NCBI GenBank assembly: GCA_003152075.1
Contig: PLZG01000054.1
Span: forward strand, 21,067 to 85,066
Origin: a candidate division FCPU426 bacterium
Lineage (GTDB): Bacteria > Oederibacteriota > Muellerivitia > Muellerivitales > Muellerivitaceae
Direction: 5' to 3'
DNA length: 64,000 nt
The first letter of the stretch is position 1; each line of letters opens with the position of its first letter. Below, piece after piece: positions 34,725 to 43,951 of the stretch. The translations under genes and the position numbers were made by a program. The notes below the pieces were generated by a model that was given only the letters and a program-made list of their open reading frames with translations, was not told the origin of the DNA and ran no database searches.

Positions 34725-36228
34725 TGCTTGTCGCGCTTTCTGGGAGTGGATCGCCGTAGTCTTGCACATGACCTAAAAGAGACTTCAACCCGCGCCAGAG
34801 AAGGTTCACTTCCCTGAAAGAACGAACCGTGACCAACTGCCGAAACACAAAACTAGGGGTGTACATCAGGTTCCAAGTCTTGGTCGCCCACTCGCTGGCG
34901 TTGATGGGTGTCTTCAAGATGGGGTGGGACATGTCGTATCTCTCGTAATCTTTTTCGCCTACCAGGAGCCAACCCTTGTTGACCGACTCACGCCACAGGG
35001 GGGAACCGGGATAAGCCACGACTACCGAGGCCTGCATGCAATCCCCGGCGCGGACTTTATAGTTCAACAGTTCTTTCGTGACCGCGTAAGTCTTAGCCAC
35101 GTCTTCCTCGGTCTCCCAAGGATAGCCCATCATGGTGGTCAACAGAACGACCAGGCCCTTGTCCTTGGCCATTTTGACACCATTCGAAATCAAGTCCACG
35201 GTTTCGCATTTGGCCAGGTGCTTGATGCTGTAGTCCGACCCGGATTCCAGGCCGATCTTAAGTAACCGCCAGCCGCACTTCACCAGCAGGTCCACCACTT
35301 CCTCATTCAGGGTGTCGGCACGGCAGTTGGAGGAGAACTGGAAGCGGCCCAGAAGTTTGCGGGAGACGAGTTCCTTATAGAACTCCTTGAGCCAGTCGAT
35401 GTTATAGATGGGGCCGGATTCGTTGTCGTCGAAAAATTCCCAGATGTGGTGCTTCTCGATGCAGATTTGCATTTCTTCCGCTACGTTCTTGGGGGAACGG
35501 AGGCGCGCGGTTTTGCCCCAGAGGGCGTGCTGCCAGATACAGAAGGTGCAAACGCCTACACTGTTGGGGGAAGCGTCGGATGCGCCGCAGCCACGGCCCG
35601 TGAGGATGTAAGCGGTCGGGCGGAGCAAGTATGCTTCGCCGTAATCTTGCACACGGGTGAGGACCCGGTCAATAAAGGGAAGTGAATCAAGGGCTTCGGT
35701 TAGCTTGTGTGGGCCGGTGGACATGGTCTTTCCGGAAGGGTCGCGGTACCAGAGGCCGGGGCCCATGGGTTCTTTGCCAGCCAGGAACTGAACCAGGTTG
35801 CGGCCAACGATGTCGTAGTCCCCGCCGGTCATGACGTAATCGACCTTGGAGTTCAGGATGGATTCCTCAGGGAAGTAGCTGACGTGGTCGCCCATCAAGG
35901 CGATGATCATCTTCGGGAAACGGGCCTTCAGTTCCTCGATGTATTTCCAATGGCGCTTCACGACGGGGGCTTTGGTTTCCAGGAAAATCACTTCGGGAGC
36001 GAAGTCGGTGAGGTACTTATCGAATTCCTCGTCGCTCATGCGGCGGTTGATGCCGTCCAGCCAGAGGACCTCGTGACCCAGGGTTTTCAAGTTGGTGGCC
36101 AGGTGGCCGGGAACCAGGGGGAAAATGCGCACTTCGAGCGTCTTGGAGAATTTCAAATGGCGGTTCTGGGTTAAAAGGGGAAGCTCGCCATCTTTACGGA
36201 AAGGGGGATAAAGTACCGCTGTTTTCAT
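34693..36228 (-). CDS. B12-binding radical SAM protein with an extended Cys motif (CX12CX2C)
   Basis: VLYPP, G.HVS, GRGCGASDASPNSVGVCTFC, GLESGS, GYPWET; GAGGA RBS before 36228. Confidence 0.92.
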   Translation of the reverse strand: MKTAVLYPPFRKDGELPLLTQNRHLKFSKTLEVRIFPLVPGHLATNLKTLGHEVLWLDGINRRMSDEEFDKYLTDFAPEVIFLETKAPVVKRHWKYIEELKARFPKMIIALMGDHVSYFPEESILNSKVDYVMTGGDYDIVGRNLVQFLAGKEPMGPGLWYRDPSGKTMSTGPHKLTEALDSLPFIDRVLTRVQDYGEAYLLRPTAYILTGRGCGASDASPNSVGVCTFCIWQHALWGKTARLRSPKNVAEEMQICIEKHHIWEFFDDNESGPIYNIDWLKEFYKELVSRKLLGRFQFSSNCRADTLNEEVVDLLVKCGWRLLKIGLESGSDYSIKHLAKCETVDLISNGVKMAKDKGLVVLLTTMMGYPWETEEDVAKTYAVTKELLNYKVRAGDCMQASVVVAYPGSPLWRESVNKGWLLVGEKDYERYDMSHPILKTPINASEWATKTWNLMYTPSFVFRQLVTVRSFREVNLLWRGLKSLLGHVQDYGDPLPESATSNATPQAATTH

Positions 36229-36298
36229 AGTTCCTCGTGTTAATAAATACGATGTGTTTCCGGGTGCTTCAAGGCTAAAAAGATACCTCAACCCGCAT

Positions 36299-37258
36299 CT
36301 ATATTCTACTGCGATACCAATTAATCGTCTGGTCCAGCCCCTCTTTTAAGGGGATTTCGGGGGACCAGCCGAGGTGTTTTTTAGCCTTGGAAATATCAGG
36401 CTTGCGCTTGATGGGGTCGTCCTGGGGAAGGGGTTTTTTTATGATTTTGGCTCCCGGCTTGCCGCAAAGCTCTTTGACCAGCTTGGCGAACTGAAGAATA
36501 GACGTCTCATGGGGGTTGCCAAGGTTAAATATCTCGCCCGCTGTGCGGGGAAGGGAGACGGCCTTCCACAAGCCCCTCACCAGGTCGCTCACATAACAAA
36601 AACTGCGGGTTTGGGAACCGTTGCCGTAAACAGTCAAGGCTTGGCCTTTCAAGGCCTGAGTGATCAGGTTGGAAACCACCCGGCCGTCGGCCTCGTTCAA
36701 GCGGGGGCCGTAAGTATTGAAGAGGCGGACGATCCTGGCGTTTACCTTGAACTTGTGGATGAATTCATAAACGAAGGTTTCGCCAAGGCGCTTGCTTTCA
36801 TCGTAGCAGGAGCGGGGTCCGAAGGGATTCACGTTGCCCCAGTAGGTTTCTTTCTGCGGGTGCTCAAGGGGTGTTCCGTAGACTTCGGAAGTGGAGGTAT
36901 ATAGGAAACGGGACCCGGTTTTTTGGCAGTACTCCAACAGGAGGCGGGTTCCAACCGTGTTTGCCTCGATGGTCTTGAGGGAGTGGGCCATGTAACCCTT
37001 GGAAGAATCCGCCGCGGGGGAAGCCGGGGAAGCCAGGTGGAAAACAAAATGGGCCTTGCCCAGGCTGGAAGGCAGGGGCTTGGCCACGTCCCGGTTGAGG
37101 AAACGGAAGTTCGGGTTCTTAGCCAGGTGGGCAATGTTTTCTTTGTGACCGGTAATCAGGTTGTCCAGGCAGGCGACCTGGTGGCCCTGGGCAATGAGGA
37201 AATCACAGAGGTGGGAGCCCAGGAAGCCGGCCCCGCCGGTGACGATGGAACGAGTCAT
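36299..37258 (-). CDS. UDP-glucuronate decarboxylase (UXS-like SDR)
   Basis: TGGAGFLGSHL, HLASPASP, STSEVYG, GPRSCYDESKR, DDP..RKPDI. Confidence 0.93.
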   Translation of the reverse strand: MTRSIVTGGAGFLGSHLCDFLIAQGHQVACLDNLITGHKENIAHLAKNPNFRFLNRDVAKPLPSSLGKAHFVFHLASPASPAADSSKGYMAHSLKTIEANTVGTRLLLEYCQKTGSRFLYTSTSEVYGTPLEHPQKETYWGNVNPFGPRSCYDESKRLGETFVYEFIHKFKVNARIVRLFNTYGPRLNEADGRVVSNLITQALKGQALTVYGNGSQTRSFCYVSDLVRGLWKAVSLPRTAGEIFNLGNPHETSILQFAKLVKELCGKPGAKIIKKPLPQDDPIKRKPDISKAKKHLGWSPEIPLKEGLDQTINWYRSRI

Positions 37259-37353
37259 GCAAAACCCTTCAAAATTTTTTCTTTCGGAGGAGGGAGTTTA
37301 ACACAGCCTGGAGTGAGACGCCAAGAAGACTTCGGGAAACGGGATGGATCCGG

Positions 37354-38106
37354 TCAACGGGCATAAAGCGAGGCTTCGATGTTGCCGATTTGAACGCCCT
37401 CAAAGATTCCCGCGGCGGTTCCCACTTGGAGGCGCAGAAAGGCCTCCGGGCGGCCCGTAGGCAGGTCGAATTGGTAATGGCCGTTGTTGCTGGAGTCGTC
37501 GCCCACCGCAGTGAATTGGACACCATCGGAAGAAACGGATTTCATCAAATGACCGCCATCGCCCCCGAAGGCGATGACGTCAAAGGCCGCGGTGGAACCG
37601 GACTTGATCGTGGAGCCGTGAGGGGTCTTGAAGCGGAAAGTCACGTAAGTTCCCCGGCCATCGGTGAAATCCATGACCACTTTATTTTGAGGAACGATTT
37701 CACCGCCTATCCCGCCCTGGACGGTGATATCACGGTCCCTCAAGGTCAGGTGCCCGGAAGCGGTCGGCCGTTTCTCGTTGATGCTGGAGAAGGGGGAACT
37801 GAGGGTGGGGTCCGCCAATGTGGGAATATTCCTTCCCGCGTTGTAGTCGTCCTGAAAGTCGTTTTTTAACACGAAATCGGGCAAACCTTCAGGCCGGACA
37901 CTGTCCGCGTCCGGTTTGGAGGCGGGAGTAACGGGAGGATTGGGAGTTGGGACAGACACAGCCGGGGCGGGAACAGTGTAATCCTGGTAGTGATCCTTTT
38001 TAAGGATCACTACCAGGATTACAACCTGAAGGCCCAGGATCGCGAAGAGAAGCACTGTTGATAACCGGACGAAGGGTTGGGGCAGCTTGGTTTCGGGATA
38101 TTCCAT
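37354..38106 (-). CDS. Hypothetical membrane-anchored protein (Pro linker, beta-rich domain)
   Basis: AAGGAG RBS, one TM, Pro-rich linker. Confidence 0.75.
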   Translation of the reverse strand: MEYPETKLPQPFVRLSTVLLFAILGLQVVILVVILKKDHYQDYTVPAPAVSVPTPNPPVTPASKPDADSVRPEGLPDFVLKNDFQDDYNAGRNIPTLADPTLSSPFSSINEKRPTASGHLTLRDRDITVQGGIGGEIVPQNKVVMDFTDGRGTYVTFRFKTPHGSTIKSGSTAAFDVIAFGGDGGHLMKSVSSDGVQFTAVGDDSSNNGHYQFDLPTGRPEAFLRLQVGTAAGIFEGVQIGNIEASLYAR

Positions 38107-38139
38107 GGATGACTCCTTCAGATTCCTGAGTGAAGTGCC

Positions 38140-38808
38140 TTAAGGTTTGGGGGAACAGACATAAAGCCGGGCCGTGGCGAAGCGGTTGCCCCAGGGCAGG
38201 GTGGCCAGCTGGATATTGCCCCTCACTTCCTTCTCGACGGTAAAGCTTTTTTCCAGGAGCGCCCGGAACTGTCCCTCGGTCCAGCAATAGATGTGGGTGG
38301 GGTCCAACAAAAGGGTGCCGGGTTTTTTCAGGGCCGCCACGATTTGCAGGGGATGGTACATGTCGTCATAAACGAAAAAGATTTTACCCTTGGGCTTGAG
38401 CAGGAGGGGAAGGGTCTTGAACAGGAGTTTCCGGTCCCCATCGAAAAGGTGCTCGGCCACGTTCACGCAGGTGACGGCGTCGAACTTCCCGAACTTTTTC
38501 AAATCCGGGATGGCCTTGAAAAGGTGGAATTTCCGCTTGGGGTAAAGCTTGCGGGCCTGGGTGATGGCGCCCTTTTCCACGTCCGCTCCCTCGGCCTGGA
38601 GGAAATCCGTGATGTAACCCACGCCGCAGCCGAAATCCAATATCCTTTTCCGGGGGGAAGGCAGGTTGTCCTGGAGGGCCTTATAAATGCTCAGGACAGA
38701 CAGGTCCTTTTGCTCGATGAAGTGCTTGTAGTGCCAGTAGTAGCCTTTTTGCCGGAGGACGTAGGAAAAAATTTTTTTCCGGAAAGGGTAGAGAAGGCCG
38801 TGGTTCAT
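38140..38808 (-). CDS. Class I SAM-dependent methyltransferase
   Basis: ILDFGCGVG, FDAV....V.EHL, LKP.G, DPTH; ATGA overlap at 38805-38808. Confidence 0.9.
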   Translation of the reverse strand: MNHGLLYPFRKKIFSYVLRQKGYYWHYKHFIEQKDLSVLSIYKALQDNLPSPRKRILDFGCGVGYITDFLQAEGADVEKGAITQARKLYPKRKFHLFKAIPDLKKFGKFDAVTCVNVAEHLFDGDRKLLFKTLPLLLKPKGKIFFVYDDMYHPLQIVAALKKPGTLLLDPTHIYCWTEGQFRALLEKSFTVEKEVRGNIQLATLPWGNRFATARLYVCSPKP

Positions 38809-39950
38809 CGGATGGGGAAGCCGTTTCCACCGTAAGGATTGTTGTCCAGTGGCGTAGGGGTCATGGTGGGCGGGGCGGGAGGTTCGGGGGCCTTCATGGG
38901 CTTGATGCGCACGATCTGGCTGTTTTGCAGGTCCGTCAGGTAAAGGCGGTTCTCGGCGTCGCAGGCGATGCCCCGGAAATGCGGGTTGTAGTTGGGGGTC
39001 ACTATGTCGTCCTTGGCGGACCATTGGCCGATGAATTCAAAGCGGTTGTTGAAAAACACGACTCGGCCCGTCGTGCCATCGGTCACGGCGATCATGCCGG
39101 ACTTGGCGATGACGATTCCACCCGGTTCCTTGAATTGGAAGGGGCCCTCGCCATACCACCCTTCCAGGGTGACGGGCACCCCTCCGCTATTTAAAACCTG
39201 AAAATGGAAATTGCCCGTGTCGGCGATCAGGGCCTGGTCGATATAGTTCAAGGTGAACCCCAGGGGCTGGTTCATAAAGGCGTTATTGGAGTTGGAAGTG
39301 GGATCCCCAAAGGCGCCCCAGCCGGAGAGGTACTCGCCCAAGCCGCTGAAAATTTGAATCCTCGAATTGCCCGAGTCTAGAACCCAAATTTTGTTGTAAT
39401 GGTCTTTCGCCACGGCCCGGGGAAGATTGAATTGACCCGGGCTGTTTCCTTGGGCGCCCCAGGTGGAAAGGACCAGGCCCTTCTCATCCAACACGACGAT
39501 CCGGTGGTTCTGGGTATCGGCCACGTAGGTTTTCTTGGAGGGAGCTACGAATACTCCGGCGGGGTGATTGAACTGGGGAGCGTCGCGCCAGTCGGCGCGG
39601 GTTCCGAAGGAACCCAGCACCGTGACGGGTTTGCCTTCGCTATCCCATACCACAATGCGGCTATTACCCGTGTCGGCGATCACCATTTTTCCGCTGGGGG
39701 CAATATCGATGCCTTCCGGCGCGTTGAGCTGGTCATTCCCAATGCCCTTGGAACCCCACATGGCGTCGAAGCTGTAAATCTTGGGGCCGGTATAGGGGAT
39801 GGGCGTGAAGGTGGCCGTGGCGGTGGGGGTATCGGTAAAGGTTTCAGTTGGGGTGGCCGTGGGGGTATGGTGTTTTTTCGCCCACAGGTTAGAGGGCAGG
39901 GAAGCTAAAAATAGAAAAAGAAGGATAAAGGTGATTCGGTGCGGGTTCAT
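38805..39950 (-). CDS. Secreted NHL-repeat protein
   Basis: Signal peptide, T/P linker, repeats F..P.G...ADT.N.RI. Confidence 0.9.
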   Translation of the reverse strand: MNPHRITFILLFLFLASLPSNLWAKKHHTPTATPTETFTDTPTATATFTPIPYTGPKIYSFDAMWGSKGIGNDQLNAPEGIDIAPSGKMVIADTGNSRIVVWDSEGKPVTVLGSFGTRADWRDAPQFNHPAGVFVAPSKKTYVADTQNHRIVVLDEKGLVLSTWGAQGNSPGQFNLPRAVAKDHYNKIWVLDSGNSRIQIFSGLGEYLSGWGAFGDPTSNSNNAFMNQPLGFTLNYIDQALIADTGNFHFQVLNSGGVPVTLEGWYGEGPFQFKEPGGIVIAKSGMIAVTDGTTGRVVFFNNRFEFIGQWSAKDDIVTPNYNPHFRGIACDAENRLYLTDLQNSQIVRIKPMKAPEPPAPPTMTPTPLDNNPYGGNGFPIR

Positions 39951-39973
39951 TGAATAAATGCTATCACAAAAGC

Positions 39974-40070
39974 AATTATGAATTATGAATTTTAAATTTT
40001 GAATTGTGGTTATTTTCACCTTCGGTGAAAATTTCATTCATTCAAAATTCAACATTTTAAATTAAAAATT
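39974..40070. repeat. Inverted heptamer arrays (family C)
   Basis: (AATTATG)n facing (ATTCAAA)n. Confidence 0.72.
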
Positions 40071-40136
40071 GGTGTTTTAAGCGCCCTTTTTCTCTTTTGA
40101 GAAAAAGGATTTCTTCGCCTTTTGAGGATGTGCGGC

Positions 40137-40640
40137 TCAGGCCCCTTCGGCTTTGCTTTGGCAGTTGATGCAGCGGGTCGCCCAGGGGATGGCTTTCAAG
40201 CGGGTCATGGGGATTCCCTTCCCGCAGACTTCGCATTTGCCATAGATGCCTTCCTCAATACTACGGATCGCCTTCTCGATTCTTTCCAACTCGATGCGGT
40301 CGTTTTCCATCAGGGTGACGGAAAGGTGCTGGCTCAGCTCGCCCGAACCGTGGTCCGCCATGTCGCCCGGAACGTTTTGGTTATCGGCGATCTCTTCCCG
40401 AAGGTCTTGCTCCAAATGATTGACCTGACCGGTGATTTCGTTACGGCGGGTTTGCAATTTCGCGAGAAGGGGTTGGAAGGCCGGATCGATGCGGACTTTT
40501 TTCTTGGGAGCCTTAGCGATCATGATGGCTTTTGACGCGGACTTGGCCATGGCTTTGGCGGTAATTTTTTTGACGGCGGTAAGCTTGATTTTTTTGTGAA
40601 CTTTTTTCGGGGGTGACTTTTTCTTGCTTTTGGGAGCCAT
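40137..40640 (-). CDS. TraR/DksA C4-zinc-finger protein with Lys-rich N-terminus
   Basis: D.AD.G, YGKCEVCG..I...RLKAIPWATRCINCQ. Confidence 0.93.
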   Translation of the reverse strand: MAPKSKKKSPPKKVHKKIKLTAVKKITAKAMAKSASKAIMIAKAPKKKVRIDPAFQPLLAKLQTRRNEITGQVNHLEQDLREEIADNQNVPGDMADHGSGELSQHLSVTLMENDRIELERIEKAIRSIEEGIYGKCEVCGKGIPMTRLKAIPWATRCINCQSKAEGA

Positions 40641-40770
40641 GGCTTCCTCCGGTTATGATTTTAAATGTCAGAGTTGTTCGTTAGGGCGTTGAAAAGGATG
40701 CAAGGTTAACGAAGGTGCCAAAAACTGTCAAGAATAAAGGTAATGAAGCCCACTAACCGAAACCTGATTT

Positions 40771-40898
40771 ACCGCCACGAGCGCCACGTTCGCTACGAGA
40801 GGCAAAACCAAAAACATATTGTTTTTTAAAATCTTGAAAAACCCTGGCATTTTCCGCCTTTCGTCTTTCTTGGCGAACTTGGCGTCTTGGCGGTGAAA
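40771..40898. repeat. Family B inverted repeat (CGCCAAG type)
   Basis: ACCGCCACGAGCGCCACG...CTTGGCGAACTTGGCGTCTTGGCGGT; similar to the copy at 60728. Confidence 0.78.
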
Positions 40899-40981
40899 AG
40901 TCTTGGGTTTTGCCCCATTGAAGGCCCTGAAATTCATCCTAATACTATCACTGGTTTCATCAACGTCTAACGAGGTGCGGT

Positions 40982-41551
40982 ATGGCCATGGGAATCACTT
41001 TGATCGCGTTCCTGTTCATCTTGGGAATTCTCCTTTTGATCGCGATTTACTTCATCTCCGTTTACAACTCGCTGGTGCGATACCGGGTGGAAGTGGACAA
41101 TTCCTGGAGCCAGATCGACGTTCAATTAAAGCGCCGCCATGACCTGATTCCCAACCTGGTGGAAACGGTTAAGGGCGTCATGGATTTCGAGAAAGGCACG
41201 CTGACCCAAGTGATGCAGGCCCGTTCCGCGGCCATGGGGGCCACCAACCAGGCCGACCGGGTGAAGGCGGAAAATGACATCACTACCGGGCTTGGCCGTT
41301 TGCTGGCGGTCTGGGAAAATTATCCAACCTTGAAGTCCAACGAGAACGCCTCCCAATTACAAGAGGAACTGACCTCAACCGAAAACAAGATTGCCTACGT
41401 GCGAGGCCACTATAACGACGTGGTGGCCAACTTTAACGCGCTCACCCAGCAGTTTCCCTCGAACCTGGTCGCCGGGCCCTTTGGTTTCCAATCCAAGGAA
41501 TTCATGAAAGCCGCCGACTCGGACAAGGAAGTCCCGCAAGTTAAGTTGTAA
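40982..41551 (+). CDS. lemA: LemA family protein
   Basis: YN.LV, WSQIDVQLKRRHDLIPNLVETVKG, YP.LKS, TENKIA, FPSN. Confidence 0.95.
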   Translation: MAMGITLIAFLFILGILLLIAIYFISVYNSLVRYRVEVDNSWSQIDVQLKRRHDLIPNLVETVKGVMDFEKGTLTQVMQARSAAMGATNQADRVKAENDITTGLGRLLAVWENYPTLKSNENASQLQEELTSTENKIAYVRGHYNDVVANFNALTQQFPSNLVAGPFGFQSKEFMKAADSDKEVPQVKL

Positions 41552-41581
41552 TCCATTGAGGAACGCCCAACAAAAACTTCT

Positions 41582-41666
41582 GACACGAAGACTCCAAGAC
41601 ACCAAGAGAGGCTTTGATTTTCCTTCAAAGGAAATCGTCCTTCTTCGTGCCTTTGTGTCTTAGTGT
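41582..41666. repeat. Family B inverted repeat
   Basis: ACACGAAGACTCCAAGACACCAAG...CTTCGTGCCTTTGTGTCTTAGTGT. Confidence 0.65.
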
Positions 41667-41682
41667 TGGCTTCGGATTTTTA

Positions 41683-43365
41683 ATGTTTTACTCACTTCCG
41701 GCCGAAACGGTTTTTGAGGCTAAGGAACGTACCAAGCGGGCCACTTTTTACCTCTTCATTCTCCTTGTTGGGCTCTACATTATTTTTTTCAATTTGCTCC
41801 TGGTCTCGGGCGCCTTCATGCTCCGGGGCTTGACCCACAGCCCGGGTCCCATTGAGATTCCGCTTCTCATCGTGGTGGCTACCTTCTTTTCGACTGTCCT
41901 GGCTGTCTTTCATTTCCTCTACGCGCGAAGCAGATCCCTGGACGACCTTCTGGAACAAATCGGCACCCGACCGGCGGACCCAAAGGATTCCAACCACAAA
42001 CCCTTCATCGACATCGTTCAGGAAGCGGAGATGGCCACGGGTATTCATGACATTCGGGTTGTGGTATTGCCGAGCAACGGGTGTAACGCATTTTCCCTGC
42101 AGGATGGAAAGGGCCAGTCGGCTATTGGGGTCACGGAGGGGCTCCTAGGCAAACTCAACCGCCAGGAACTTTCCGCCGTGGTGGCCCATGAGGCCGCCCA
42201 CCTGGTGCACGAGGATTCAAGGCTGGTGACCACCGCTTGTTTTCTTTTTGGGGTCTTCGGCCAAATCAACGCCGTACTTGGGGGGATGATGCGCACCACC
42301 AACAATACTTACAGTTACTATGAACGCCGGTCCAGCGCGCGGAGCAGTAATTTAACCGGGGTCATCGTGGTTCTATGGATTATCTCGGGCGTGGGTTACC
42401 TCATTACCCGGCTGATCTCCATGGCCATCTCCCGGGAAAGGGAATACCTGGCCGACGCGGACGGGGTGGCCATGTGCAAGGATCCGCTTTCGCTGGCGGA
42501 AAGCCTCTATAAGATTTCCCGCCGTTACCGTGGGGACACCCCGCCCACCTATTCTTCCCTCTTTATCATGAATCCCTCTGACTCGGGATTGGACGAGCAG
42601 GAAAGTTTCTTCTCCAACCTTTTGAGTGATCACCCGCCTGTTTCCCAAAGGCTCAATAAGCTCCTGGTTTGGGCCAAGAGCGACCTGTCATCTCTCCAAG
42701 CGATTGATCAAAAAGAGGAAAAGGAGGAAGGCTCAAAAACCCCCGTTAAGACCGCGCTGCCCCCTACCGAGGGCCAAGGCTTTATGGCTTACCAGGGGGA
42801 TAAATGGGTGGGGCCCTATACACCTCCCCAGCTTTTGGCCATGGGTTTCATGACTCCCACCACCTGGGTTTGTCCCGCGGGCAGCCAGCAGGTGGGAAGG
42901 GCCACGGACATACCCGATCTTCTTCCTCTTTTCCAAAGCCAAGTCCAGGGAGCGGTTTCCAAAGGCTTTTGCCCGCGCTGTAAGGTGCCCCTACTCAGCC
43001 AACAGTACGAGGGGACCGAAGTGGAGCAATGTAGTTTTTGTAAGGGTTATTTGTTGCGGGCCGGGGTTTTGGAGAGGCTTATCAGCCGTGAGAAGTTTGA
43101 CTATACGGCCGAGGAAATCAAGAAGGCGAAGATCTGGCGGGATAGCCAAAGGGGGCCCTTGAAAGATCGGAACCATTTTCCGGAAATAAAATGCCCCTTT
43201 TGTCAAAGCCCCATGGATAAGGGAATCCATTCCATGCTGACCCAAGTGGTGATCGACCATTGCATCAACGACAAGTGCGGCGCCATTTGGTGCGACGGCG
43301 GGGAATTGGAAACCATTCTGATGATCATTGAGGACGCGCATAGGGTTCCGGTGGGTTCAAAATAA
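41683..43365 (+). CDS. HtpX-like M48 metalloprotease fused to GYF_2-like and two zf-TFIIB-like domains
   Basis: NAF, TEGLL..L.R.EL.AV.AHEAAH, SREREYLADA, HPP...R; GPY...L; CPRC/CSFC and CPFC..C...C..IW.DGGEL. Confidence 0.88.
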   Translation: MFYSLPAETVFEAKERTKRATFYLFILLVGLYIIFFNLLLVSGAFMLRGLTHSPGPIEIPLLIVVATFFSTVLAVFHFLYARSRSLDDLLEQIGTRPADPKDSNHKPFIDIVQEAEMATGIHDIRVVVLPSNGCNAFSLQDGKGQSAIGVTEGLLGKLNRQELSAVVAHEAAHLVHEDSRLVTTACFLFGVFGQINAVLGGMMRTTNNTYSYYERRSSARSSNLTGVIVVLWIISGVGYLITRLISMAISREREYLADADGVAMCKDPLSLAESLYKISRRYRGDTPPTYSSLFIMNPSDSGLDEQESFFSNLLSDHPPVSQRLNKLLVWAKSDLSSLQAIDQKEEKEEGSKTPVKTALPPTEGQGFMAYQGDKWVGPYTPPQLLAMGFMTPTTWVCPAGSQQVGRATDIPDLLPLFQSQVQGAVSKGFCPRCKVPLLSQQYEGTEVEQCSFCKGYLLRAGVLERLISREKFDYTAEEIKKAKIWRDSQRGPLKDRNHFPEIKCPFCQSPMDKGIHSMLTQVVIDHCINDKCGAIWCDGGELETILMIIEDAHRVPVGSK

Positions 43366-43951
43366 AATCACAACCCAAGAACTAAAATTCACCCCTCGCC
43401 CTGGCCCATCTCCCTGAAAGAACTCATAGGGGAAAACCCCTATGTACCCATAAAACCGCAAAGCCCACAAAACCCAGGCCAAGGGGTGAGGGAAACTGGA
43501 TTTTATGCGATTCTTTCCTCCTCTCCCTTGAGGGGAGAGGGTGTACCGACCATTTATAAATCTTATTATGTGGTCGGTATTATGCCTGTATCATTTTGGA
43601 TGAAAATCCAAAATTGGCATACGGTGAGGGTGAAAAGTAAATTTTTAAAGGTTCAAAAAAGAATCCACCCCATAACTACATATAGTGCCTAACCGATTGC
43701 CGTGACACTAGATGCATTGATTTACCTCATATTGATAGTCCCGAAGTGGTGCAAGTAAGCCGACAAGGTATAATTGACCTGCATTTGCTGCCCAGTTCTC
43801 TTTGTAAGCTTTTTTCAATGAAACTGGGCAAGTGCAAATTTCCATAGTTCAGGTAACTGGAAATTTTAGGTCATTTGCTGGGGGTTATTAAAAAGTAGTT
43901 AATCCCCGTTATTCAACAACACCTTTTCAACGCTTTTGGGGAAGCCGTAAC

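Noticed and set aside
40731..40757. AGAATAA..CACTAAC upstream of lemA as a module-2 promoter
   Set aside because: Spacer is 13 rather than 15 nt and the -35 has a mismatch
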